A stretch of DNA of 55,188 bases, taken from assembly GCA_038217285.1 (NCBI GenBank), contig JBBQPO010000005.1, positions 1 to 55,188 on the forward strand. The letters are read 5' to 3'. Each line of letters opens with the position of its first letter. Within the stretch, counting starts at the first letter, position 1. The notes beneath the pieces are model-generated. The model searched no databases and was not told the origin of the DNA. It was given only the letters and a program-made list of their open reading frames with translations. Shown here piece by piece: positions 46,374-55,188 of the stretch. The DNA comes from Chthonomonadales bacterium (GTDB taxonomy: Bacteria > Armatimonadota > Chthonomonadetes > Chthonomonadales > Chthonomonadaceae). A program made the translations under genes and the position numbers.

Positions 46374-47072
46374 GCCTGTGCTCTCCTACTCCCCGATTTT
46401 GTCGTGTTCTGTTCCCTCTTGACCGTTCTACAGCCAACTCTCCTATTTCGAGAGGAAAGAAACAGAGCAACAAAATGACGGTACCGACCTCGGAATAGTT
46501 CCACTGCCTGCTCAATCCATTTTTCTATACTATCGCAGATTAGAGACCCAAACGGGTAGAACATCCGCGCGACCTCGTGCCGGTGCAGGCCGATGCGATC
46601 CGCGTCAAGTGATGGTCGTCACTTCCAACCATGCCGGTGCCAGTCTTCGCAGCAATGGGTCGGCCTGTCGCAACCCGGCGAGAAGATTCGTCGGGGCACT
46701 TGGGGTCTGCCGTGCGTCGATGCCCCACCAGAACAGGAAGCCCGCCAGTGCATACACACCCGAGGAAAGATCAAGAGGTTGCACGGCTTTCCGAATTTGA
46801 CTCCCACACTACAACCACCCGCCCGTGAATCCTGCTTTGCGGAGACCCTCGACGACGTACGGGCATTTCTTCATGAAAGTCACCCAGGTATTTTGGGGTG
46901 CTACCACCCTGGGATCTATGCCTACAATATTCCCGAGCCGCAGAAGCAACAGGCCGAATACGACGGCAGAGGGAACGGATAGGATCATAGACGGCGAGGA
47001 CAGACGTCCTGCGAACGATAACGGTGTTCTGCCGTAAGAGTGGACAGAGAGACTTTTCCGGGAGAGCAGCGT

Positions 47073-47798
47073 ATGTCGGTCTATGTCGGAACCTCGGGCT
47101 GGAGTTATGACCACTGGGAGGGCGTTCTCTACTCTCCTGGCCTCCCTGCCTGGGAGCGCCTGGGCGTCTATCTTCCACGTTATAATACCGTCGAGATCAA
47201 CAGCACGTTCTATCACTGGCCGGCCGAACGGACGTTTGCGAGGTGGGAGGAGCGGCTGCCACAGGGGTTCCTAATGACGGTCAAAGCGTCCCGCGGTTTG
47301 ACGCACGGCAAGCGCCTCTGTTCGCTGGAGCGATGGCTGCAGACCGTCGCTCGAGGCGTGAGTCGTCTGGGCGCGCACCTCGGCGTTCTGCTCGTACAAC
47401 TTCCGCCCGCGTTCGCTTACGACTATGCCCGACTCGCCTATTTCCTGGAGTGCGTCCCTGCCGGATTGAGAGTGGCGGTAGAGTTGCGGCATCCGAGCTG
47501 GCACCAGGAGGAGATCTATGCACTGCTCGAACGCACAGGGATCGCCTACTGCGTCATGAGCGGCGCGCAGTTACCCTGTATTCTGCGCGCAACGGCAGGA
47601 TTCGTCTATGTGCGGCTGCACGGTCCGGATCAAAAGTCGTTGTATGGCGGCTCCTATTCCGATGAGGATCTGCGCTGGTGGTCGGCGCGGATTCACGAAT
47701 GGCGCCAGATGGGCAAGGACGTGTTCGTCTACTTCAACAACGACGGAGGGGGCAATGCGGTGCGTAACGCCGACACGCTCCGGTGGATGCTCTCCTGA
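47073..47798 (+). CDS. DUF72 family protein
   Basis: VGTSGWSY..W, VEINSTFY, LVQLPP, ELRHPSW, YVRLHG, YFNND. Confidence 0.93.
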   Translation: MSVYVGTSGWSYDHWEGVLYSPGLPAWERLGVYLPRYNTVEINSTFYHWPAERTFARWEERLPQGFLMTVKASRGLTHGKRLCSLERWLQTVARGVSRLGAHLGVLLVQLPPAFAYDYARLAYFLECVPAGLRVAVELRHPSWHQEEIYALLERTGIAYCVMSGAQLPCILRATAGFVYVRLHGPDQKSLYGGSYSDEDLRWWSARIHEWRQMGKDVFVYFNNDGGGNAVRNADTLRWMLS

Positions 47799-47996
47799 CT
47801 CTTGTGCAAGTTGAACACCGGGAATCCGAGGTAGGACGGACGTCTTCCGATGACGGGTGTCACAGGTATGTTGGCGGCATCGTTTACAGAAGTTACCCAG
47901 AGGGACGAAAGTATCTATTTCACCGGTATAGTGTCGCCTCTGGCAGGTTCCAGGCCAGCAGGCGGGCTTCTTCTCAAAGTTTTCGGAGCGTTCAGG

Positions 47997-49565
47997 ATGA
48001 ATGTCAGGATGAAAAGTTATCTTCTCGACCAGTCCGGATGGCAGGCGGTGTTCGCTTGCATTGCGCTGGCCGTCGGGCTTGTGCCATCGGTCGGGGCACA
48101 GGAGCGTCATAGTCGCACTATGGCTTCCACGCCAGGTCAGGTGCGCGGAGTCAAGCCTGATCGTGCCGCCGTGGAGAGCAATGCTGGGTTCCGAACGGAG
48201 GAGTTGGGGGACACGGTGGCGATTGTGCCGTGGAACTACAAGAACAGCCGGGACGCGGCGGTGCAGTCAGCGCATGAGGTCTGCAGTCAACTGCTGCTCG
48301 GCACGGGCTTCAACGTCTTTCTCATCAAAACGGCGGCAGGCGCGATGCCGCCTCCGATGTCAGGGATCAGTGGGAGTAAGAAGCAGGAGTCGGCGTTCGC
48401 GCATCTATTGGGCGCAGGACGCAATGTGGTGACGCAGGACGCTCCGAAAAAGGCCAACGCGGTGTATGTGCTCCCCACCCTCGACGAAATGACCGCGCTC
48501 GGAGAGAAGCTGAATACGCGCTACGTACTCGCCGGTCGGGCGCAGTGGCGTTCGCGCAATGTGTGGATAGGCGTCTCCAACCGCATCAAATCGATCTGTT
48601 CCGTCGATATAATGATCCTCGATATGAACACCCGCCATCTCGTCCTCGACGCGCATAACGTCGAGGGAGACAGCACCGAGAACAAGAGCCTGTACAACGC
48701 GTTCACGAATATGATGGCGCTCAACCCGATGCCGCTGGTAATGCCGGGTTCGGTGGGGCCGTACGAACAACGCGCTGTAACGGCGGCTATCGCGCGAGCG
48801 ATGCATCCCTGGCTAAAAACGGAGCGGATCCGCGCAGCGCTAACCCAGGCGGATACGTCGAGCGAAATCGGATTGGACCGCAAACCGACCGGGCGCTTCT
48901 CCGCGCTGCTGAGTTCGTTGAGCGATCTCCAGGCCAATCTGCATATGACGACCTCCGATGGCAAGCCACCGGACATGGGGGACAAGGAGCTCACGCGGCT
49001 GTTTGCACTGCGTGACGTTACCTTTCAGTACAAAGAACCGAATCGATTTCGGCTCATGGTGACCTCTCCGAAAGATGGTAAGGAGACCCTCGTTGTCAAT
49101 GAAGAGCAGCGCAGTTTCACGGTCGGGGAGGGCAAAAAGGCTTCGCACCAGGACTTCTCCAGTACCCCGACTCGGAGGTCCTTCCTCTTCGAATCCTTCG
49201 GAATTCTGACGCGAGGCAGCTTCGACACGATACGGGCGAGGTTCGTGAAGGAGGAGACTGTGGACAGAGTTCCGACCGTTGTCTATGATCTGACCTACTG
49301 GGGACAGGACGACGGCGCCTACCATCGGGTCTGGATCGATCCTAACCGACGTCTCTTTGTGAAACGTGAGAGATTCGATGCCGACAGTAAGCTGAAGAGT
49401 ATCGTTCTCTACAAACAGCCGACCGAAGTCACCCCGAATCTCTGGCTTCCCGGACTGGTGGAACTGCAGGATAGCGCCCATAAGAACATCGCCACCCTCA
49501 AGATCACCAAACCCCAGGCCAACCAGGCGATCCTCGACAGCGAATTCACGGTCGTCACACCCTGA
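47997..49565 (+). CDS. Secreted hypothetical protein with C-terminal LolA-like domain
   Basis: Signal peptide; C-terminal YKEPNRFRL...RVWIDP...LWLP..VE...DSEF pattern of the LolA-like fold. Confidence 0.6.
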   Translation: MNVRMKSYLLDQSGWQAVFACIALAVGLVPSVGAQERHSRTMASTPGQVRGVKPDRAAVESNAGFRTEELGDTVAIVPWNYKNSRDAAVQSAHEVCSQLLLGTGFNVFLIKTAAGAMPPPMSGISGSKKQESAFAHLLGAGRNVVTQDAPKKANAVYVLPTLDEMTALGEKLNTRYVLAGRAQWRSRNVWIGVSNRIKSICSVDIMILDMNTRHLVLDAHNVEGDSTENKSLYNAFTNMMALNPMPLVMPGSVGPYEQRAVTAAIARAMHPWLKTERIRAALTQADTSSEIGLDRKPTGRFSALLSSLSDLQANLHMTTSDGKPPDMGDKELTRLFALRDVTFQYKEPNRFRLMVTSPKDGKETLVVNEEQRSFTVGEGKKASHQDFSSTPTRRSFLFESFGILTRGSFDTIRARFVKEETVDRVPTVVYDLTYWGQDDGAYHRVWIDPNRRLFVKRERFDADSKLKSIVLYKQPTEVTPNLWLPGLVELQDSAHKNIATLKITKPQANQAILDSEFTVVTP

Positions 49566-49607
49566 TACCTCGATAAAGGTTCGTGCCGAGCTATGTGAAT
49601 CCTTTTA

Positions 49608-51863
49608 TCAGTCGAAGGATAACACGAGGGCCTCATTGCGGGTCCAGGAGAGTGGAAAACGATCCCCGGAGCCCAGGTCAACGCCCCGCCGCTCGTCGCG
49701 AACGTTGCGAACGGGGCCAGCGAACTTCAGGGTGATGGGGATCGCTCCGGTCTTAAGATTGGCGGCATTGCCGCCGCCGACCTCCGAGCCGACTGTCTCG
49801 GGATTGGCGCAGACGAAGAGCACATTGCGGCCATCGGACCGCCGGAACGTGGTGAACTCGTGGCCAAAGGCGGCCTCCCCGGCGTTCTCGATCTGCACTC
49901 GTGGCCGGATTCCACTGGCGGTAACATGGCTGATAAACGTGTCGCGACGGCGGGCCGCCTCGAAGCCCGACACGCGATAGGCGTTGTACCACTGGGGCGA
50001 GAGGTTCATTAAGATGGCAGTCCCGGCGCCGACATGATTCACGGAAACGGTCGCCATGTTTCGCACGGCCTTGTGATATCCGCCTGGACCCTTGAGGCAG
50101 GTATTGCCGTTCGTCAGGAACTCGGTATAGGTCTTCCAGCCGAAGTTGGCATCCTGATCGACTTCGCACCACAGCTTGCCGCCGAAGACGTCGGTGACCG
50201 CCAGGGCAGGACTGTGCTGGCCGCCAAACATCCGGTCGAGAATGCCGCCTGCGGCGCGCCCGCGCCCGTGCTGATCCCAGAGGCCGGGCATATAGTCGGC
50301 AATCACCGTTCCCCCTCGCTGGCAGAACTGTTCGATGGCGCGCGCTTCCGCGTCGGAGAGGCAGAGGCAGGCAGGCAGGATCAGGACGCGGATGTCAGCC
50401 GGGATTCCATTCTGAACGACATCGACGTAGCTGAGATAGGTCGCCTGCAAGCCGCTGTCGCGCACCATGTTCTCCCAGGCTTGCCGCACCAGATGGGAAG
50501 CGCCGAGACGGTGATCCCCATCGCGATTGATCCAGGTCTTGCCGTGCGCTTCCGCGTCCAAAATCCAGCCGAGTTGAATCGAGGGATGACTGTAGTAGAG
50601 GGCGATACCGTCGTGCATCCACTCCGCATCCTGCAGCAGGGGGCCGATTTTCTTGCCTGCTTCCAGGAAATGGGAGGCGACCGCGTCGAGCCACGGTCGA
50701 GGCGTCTGCCCCTCAAACCAGTTCTCCACCCAGCCAATATGGCCCCGATTCCCGTGTGCCAGGTAGTACCAGACCTGCCAGATATCGTCCTCGACGGACT
50801 GGTGGAAGTGACTCGTCACGGCCGGAATGGCGTTGTGTGGATTGAAGGAGCGAATGATAGCCTGCGACGAGCCGAGGTTGTACGCTTCGATATACTGGAT
50901 CTTGCGCATCAGCTTGGCGTAGTCGTAGCCACCGAAGGCGTTCGGAGCCTGCCCGCCGACGATGCCGCACGGAGTATCTGGATCGACCGTATTGGCATAT
51001 TCGACGAGATCGCCAAGGAAGTTGCACCAGTGGGAGTCGTTAAAGCTCCACTGGTCCAAAAGGGGGCTCGCGTCGAACTCCCGCAAGGTCCAGGCGGGAA
51101 GCTGCGGACGAATATCCTCGTAGGTGACCCAGCGATCTCGCTTCGGCGCGGCGGGTCCGTAGATCTCGCGCAGCCACGTTGTGTAGGCGTCCGGATCGTC
51201 GGTGATGCGCCACATGGTCGGGTGGACGAAATGACCCCACGAGGCCTCGTCGTCCAGGGCGTACGCGGCACGGAACGGAGAAGACTTCACCTGGGTAATG
51301 TTGTTCCGAATGACATCCTGTAGCCGTCGGCCCAGTGCGGCATTGATCGGGACGGTTCGGACGCCTGTGCCGTGCAGTTCCGCCAGGTGCGGCTTCTGTT
51401 TGCCGCCGTCCCACAGGTGCAGGCTGCCCTTTCCTGCGGTGTGGTCGGTGTAGAAACGCAGGTGAAAGTGGTTGATCCAGTCGAGCTTGCCCGCCGGTGA
51501 GTCCGCCGCGCCGCCGTTGCCATCGAGAAAGGCCCCGTTGAGGCCGTGGCTCTGGGAAAAACGACCGGAAGCATCGGTATAGCCGACATTCCACTGGTAA
51601 GTCCAGGGCATATAGATCCAGCCCGGATAGGCTTTGTCGCACCAGGCCCGGTCCTGCTTCACGCGCTTGAAGTCACGCGACGTCTTCATATAGCGCGTGT
51701 ACGGATCTGTATTCGCGCTGATCGGACGTTGCGCCTCCGCACCACGAGCCGTTCCCGATGTAAGCTCCTGCTGCGCGGCCAGCGCCGCAGCCGTAGAGCG
51801 AGCGAGAAAATCGCGGCGCGGCATCGGGTGCGGCTTCTTTGCATGATCGTCACTCTGAGTCAT
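49608..51863 (-). CDS. Tat-exported GH42-like (beta-galactosidase trimerisation domain) glycoside hydrolase-like protein
   Basis: PRRDFL Tat motif; ALDDEASW, IALYYSHPS, VLILP...GGTVIAD..PG..D. Confidence 0.7.
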   Translation of the reverse strand: MTQSDDHAKKPHPMPRRDFLARSTAAALAAQQELTSGTARGAEAQRPISANTDPYTRYMKTSRDFKRVKQDRAWCDKAYPGWIYMPWTYQWNVGYTDASGRFSQSHGLNGAFLDGNGGAADSPAGKLDWINHFHLRFYTDHTAGKGSLHLWDGGKQKPHLAELHGTGVRTVPINAALGRRLQDVIRNNITQVKSSPFRAAYALDDEASWGHFVHPTMWRITDDPDAYTTWLREIYGPAAPKRDRWVTYEDIRPQLPAWTLREFDASPLLDQWSFNDSHWCNFLGDLVEYANTVDPDTPCGIVGGQAPNAFGGYDYAKLMRKIQYIEAYNLGSSQAIIRSFNPHNAIPAVTSHFHQSVEDDIWQVWYYLAHGNRGHIGWVENWFEGQTPRPWLDAVASHFLEAGKKIGPLLQDAEWMHDGIALYYSHPSIQLGWILDAEAHGKTWINRDGDHRLGASHLVRQAWENMVRDSGLQATYLSYVDVVQNGIPADIRVLILPACLCLSDAEARAIEQFCQRGGTVIADYMPGLWDQHGRGRAAGGILDRMFGGQHSPALAVTDVFGGKLWCEVDQDANFGWKTYTEFLTNGNTCLKGPGGYHKAVRNMATVSVNHVGAGTAILMNLSPQWYNAYRVSGFEAARRRDTFISHVTASGIRPRVQIENAGEAAFGHEFTTFRRSDGRNVLFVCANPETVGSEVGGGNAANLKTGAIPITLKFAGPVRNVRDERRGVDLGSGDRFPLSWTRNEALVLSFD

Positions 51864-51904
51864 CTTGTCCCCTTTACAGCCCTGCGGTTGCCACGTTGAA
51901 ACTC

Positions 51905-51935
51905 CAAAAGCCCATCCCTGGATCGAGACGGGCTT
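51905..51935 (-). terminator. Putative terminator after the GH78 gene
   Basis: Minus strand AAGCCCGTCTC-gatcca-GGGATGGGCTTTT. Confidence 0.5.
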
Positions 51936-51966
51936 CTGAAAGCCATGAGGAGCATGGTCGGTCGCT

Positions 51967-54900
51967 TTAGTGCGGAGCCGTGAACGTATACGCGCCGGAT
52001 TGGACTTCGTACACGACGAATCCGGGTTCCGTACGCAGGAACTTGACGCCGGCAGCCCGAGACGCCAACACGGCACCTTCCGTAACCGCATCCGGATCGG
52101 CGGCAGGCATGTAGACCGTGGCGGTCGTGTTAGGCGGGATCGTCACGCTGAGTGTCAGCGACCTGTCGTCGCGTGTCCAGTCGCTTTCGATACGGCCATA
52201 GAGGCAGTCGTGATGCGCCTTGACCCAGGTGAGTGACCCATCAACCCGCGGACGCAGGAGGATATGGTGGAAGGCGACCTGGGCCGGGTCGAGGTCGATG
52301 CCTGCGGCCGTATCGAACAGCCATTCGCCGACCGAGCCGAGCGAATAGTGGTTGAAGGAGTTCATGCCGGGATCCTGAAAACCCTTTTCGGGCGTCCAGC
52401 CGTCCCAGCGCTCCCAGATGGTGGTCGCGCCGTGTTTCACGGAGAATAGCCACGAGGGAAAGGTGTCCTGCGTTAGCAGCGTGTAGGCGGTATCGATTTT
52501 GCCCGCGCCCGTCAGCACCGGCAGGAGGTAGCTGACGCCCACGAAGCCGGTCGAGAGATGGTTGCCTTTGGCGCGAATGTCGTCGTCCAGATATTGCGCT
52601 GCCAGGGAGCGTAACTCCCCTGGCAGGAGGTCGAACTTGAGAGCCATGGCGTAGGCGCACTGCGTGTTGCCGAACACCCGTCCGTCCGCCCGGACATAGC
52701 GCCTGTTGAACGCGGCCTTGATCTCTTCGAAGAGTTGGGCGTACTTCTTAGCGCCGCTTGTGTCGCCGACCGCCTGATAGGCACGCGAGAGAAGATGAGT
52801 CGAGTAGGCGAAGTAAGCGGTGCCGATAAGGTCTTTAGGGGTGTTGGCGCCGATGGAGAGCCAGTCTCCGTAGTCACCGTTGCGATCTTTGTCGCGGATC
52901 AGGTCGGTGCTGTGTAAGCGGCACCATTCGACCCATTTTGTCATGGCCGGCAAGTGGCGCTGGAGGAGGCGCGTGTCGCCGTTGGCCTGGTATATCGTCC
53001 ACGGACAGATGACGCCCGCGTCGGCCCAGGCGGGTGTGCCGCCGCCGCCGTAGCTCGGAGAGATGTCGCTGTAGGCCCCATCCGGCGTCTGCGCGTCATC
53101 GACATCGACCATCCATTTGGTGAAGAACGCCGCGACATCCGCATTGTAGGTGGCGGTGCGCACGAACACCTCCGCGTCCCCCATCCAGCCCATGCGCTCG
53201 TCGCGCTGAGGGCAGTCGGTGGGAACGCTCAGGTAGTTGCCGCGCTGGCCCCACTGAATATTGGACTGCAACTGATTGATGCGCGGGTCGGAGCAGGCAA
53301 ACTCTCCCGCACGCGGGGTATCGGAGTTGATGACGATTCCCGTGACGGCGCTCAGGCCGGGTCGGGTCGATAGGCCGGTCAGTTCAACATATCGGAAGCC
53401 GTGGAACGTGAATCGTGGCTGCCAGATTTCGACCCCACCTCCACGGGTGACATACGTGTCGATAGAAGGAGCGCCGCGCAGATTCGCCGTGTAGATCGTG
53501 CCATCGGGATTGAGCATTTCGGCATGACGCAGGGTCAGTCGAGTGCCGGCAGGCGCGGAGACTTTCAGGCGCACCACGCCCACCATATTCTGGCCGAGGT
53601 CGTACGTCCAGTGGCCTTTGGCTGGCTCTTTGAGCCGTTTGGGCTTGATCTCTCCCGTCATGCGCACCGGCTCACTGATCGTCGGTTCGAGGTTCGCCTT
53701 CGCGATAGGCGGCTTGTTCGGGGCCATCGTTTCCTTGTCGAGGGTTGCGGCATTCCAACCGGCCTCATCGAGTCCCGAACGGTCCCATCCGGCGAGTTCC
53801 TGGCGCGCATCGTAGTTCTCGCCCAGCATAAAGTCAGAGGAGAGAATTGGGCTGATATGGGTCTTCCACGTCGTGTCGGTGACGATGCGCTCGGTCGAGC
53901 CGTCGGCGTACGTCACCTCCAACTGCGCGAACAGGGCGGGAACGACACCGTAGTACTGATAGCCGCCGTTGCCGAGATGCCCACTGTACCAGCCGTGCGC
54001 CACCAGTGCGCCCAGGGCGTTGTCGCCAGTATGCAGCAGGGAGGTGACATCGTACTCCTGGTAGCGGATGCGTTTGTGGTAGTCGGTCCATTCAGGGGCG
54101 AGGATATGGTCGCCGACGCGCTGACCATTGAGATGGATCTCATAGACCCCCAGAGCAGTGGCGTAGAGAGACGCGTGGCGAATCGGTTTCGAGAGTGCGA
54201 ACGCCTTGCGCAGGTAGGGCAGCGCCCGCGTCCCACCCTTAATCGTAAACACCTGGTTCTCGGCCGTGACCACGGTCTGCGGTTTACCGTCCACCACGAG
54301 ATCGACACGCAACTGCTTGACATGATTGTAGGCGGGATCCCCACCGAGCGTCCCGTTGCCTACCGTGACGTCGAGGTCGCCGGTCTTGAGCTTGTTCGCC
54401 AGGAGCACGGTGACATCGCGCGCTCCGGATCCGTCCACCGCTTCGTAAGAGGCTTTCCGGACCACGATCTGGTGTTGGGTCGCGGAAGCTTGCGCGACCG
54501 GTGGCGCAGCGATCCATTTCGCGGTCCAGTCCCCGGATTCGAGAAGCCCCATCGACCAGAGCGCAGACTTGCTCCACGAGCCGGGTTTGCCGTCGCGATT
54601 CCAGACGCGCACACTCCAGTAGCAGCGCATCCGCGAGGTGAGCGGTTTGCCGGCATACTCTACCTGTGCGCTCCGGTCGGACTCTACTTTGCCGGAGTCC
54701 CACAGATCTCCCTGCTTCTTCGCCAGCAGTTTCGGGGTCGAGGCCACCAGGAGGTGGTAAGCAGTCTGCTTCTCTCCCCGCCGCGCAGCGTTCATTCTCC
54801 AACTGAATCGTGGAGCGGTCTCATGAATTCCGAGCGGGCTGACCAGGTATTCGCACCGAAGTCCAACCGAATTCGGAGCCGCAGCGACAGGAAGCGCGCA

Positions 54901-54999
54901 GGCGCAGAGCAGCCACAGCACCGATACTACATAATGCCGCCATCCCGCGTGCGGTTTGACCTGGGCCGGAAGTCGATAGAAGAAGCGTGTCAAAGACAT
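51967..54999 (-). CDS. Secreted GH78 alpha-L-rhamnosidase with an inserted lectin-like module
   Basis: LRCEY..PLG, WDSGKV, DLGQNMVG, FTFHGFRY, PTDCPQRDERMGWMGD, GATTIWERW, MNSFNHY. Confidence 0.94.
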   Translation of the reverse strand: MSLTRFFYRLPAQVKPHAGWRHYVVSVLWLLCACALPVAAAPNSVGLRCEYLVSPLGIHETAPRFSWRMNAARRGEKQTAYHLLVASTPKLLAKKQGDLWDSGKVESDRSAQVEYAGKPLTSRMRCYWSVRVWNRDGKPGSWSKSALWSMGLLESGDWTAKWIAAPPVAQASATQHQIVVRKASYEAVDGSGARDVTVLLANKLKTGDLDVTVGNGTLGGDPAYNHVKQLRVDLVVDGKPQTVVTAENQVFTIKGGTRALPYLRKAFALSKPIRHASLYATALGVYEIHLNGQRVGDHILAPEWTDYHKRIRYQEYDVTSLLHTGDNALGALVAHGWYSGHLGNGGYQYYGVVPALFAQLEVTYADGSTERIVTDTTWKTHISPILSSDFMLGENYDARQELAGWDRSGLDEAGWNAATLDKETMAPNKPPIAKANLEPTISEPVRMTGEIKPKRLKEPAKGHWTYDLGQNMVGVVRLKVSAPAGTRLTLRHAEMLNPDGTIYTANLRGAPSIDTYVTRGGGVEIWQPRFTFHGFRYVELTGLSTRPGLSAVTGIVINSDTPRAGEFACSDPRINQLQSNIQWGQRGNYLSVPTDCPQRDERMGWMGDAEVFVRTATYNADVAAFFTKWMVDVDDAQTPDGAYSDISPSYGGGGTPAWADAGVICPWTIYQANGDTRLLQRHLPAMTKWVEWCRLHSTDLIRDKDRNGDYGDWLSIGANTPKDLIGTAYFAYSTHLLSRAYQAVGDTSGAKKYAQLFEEIKAAFNRRYVRADGRVFGNTQCAYAMALKFDLLPGELRSLAAQYLDDDIRAKGNHLSTGFVGVSYLLPVLTGAGKIDTAYTLLTQDTFPSWLFSVKHGATTIWERWDGWTPEKGFQDPGMNSFNHYSLGSVGEWLFDTAAGIDLDPAQVAFHHILLRPRVDGSLTWVKAHHDCLYGRIESDWTRDDRSLTLSVTIPPNTTATVYMPAADPDAVTEGAVLASRAAGVKFLRTEPGFVVYEVQSGAYTFTAPH

Positions 55000-55188
55000 G
55001 ATAATGTTTGATCCTTCATAAGGAGGGGTAGAACAAAGGGTGTTTCCGATTGACGTTTAGACTAAATGGCAACTTCGCATAGCTGTTTTGACCACGCGAA
55101 GTTGCCCCATCGGGTATTGTTTTTCTGACGAAGGAGAAACATACCCAATGCAGAATAGCACACTTGCGGACTATCGTATCGATATGTA

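Overview
GC-rich bacterial chromosomal window with mostly housekeeping and carbohydrate-metabolism genes. The family mix (DUF1559/H-X9-DG pseudopilin, DUF6785-type membrane protein, PqaA, near-consensus sigma70 promoters) suggests Armatimonadota or a similar lineage; this is an inference. Core genes: fba (5'-truncated), recA, cinA, glmM, grpE, hrcA, glnS, hppA, and three tRNAs (Gly-CCC, Cys-GCA, Gln-CTG). Accessory genes: GH127, GH78 and GH42-like hydrolases, several transporters, a VKOR-DsbA fusion, a redoxin/c-heme/copper-monooxygenase fusion and a secreted DUF3494 ice-binding protein fused to FG-GAP repeats. I saw no CRISPR array, prophage, integrase or intact transposase. Best leads: (1) a DUF6785 transporter-sugar isomerase-GH127 operon opposite a sugar lactonase, a candidate non-canonical glycan-utilisation locus; (2) the ice-binding/FG-GAP fusion; (3) a REP/REPIN-like repeat family and an orphan IS200/IS605 (IscB/HEARO-type) end hairpin; (4) an atypical tRNA-Gln right behind glnS; (5) an hrcA-grpE-glmM operon with no dnaK and no canonical CIRCE. 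All calls come from reading motifs by eye; no database searches were run.
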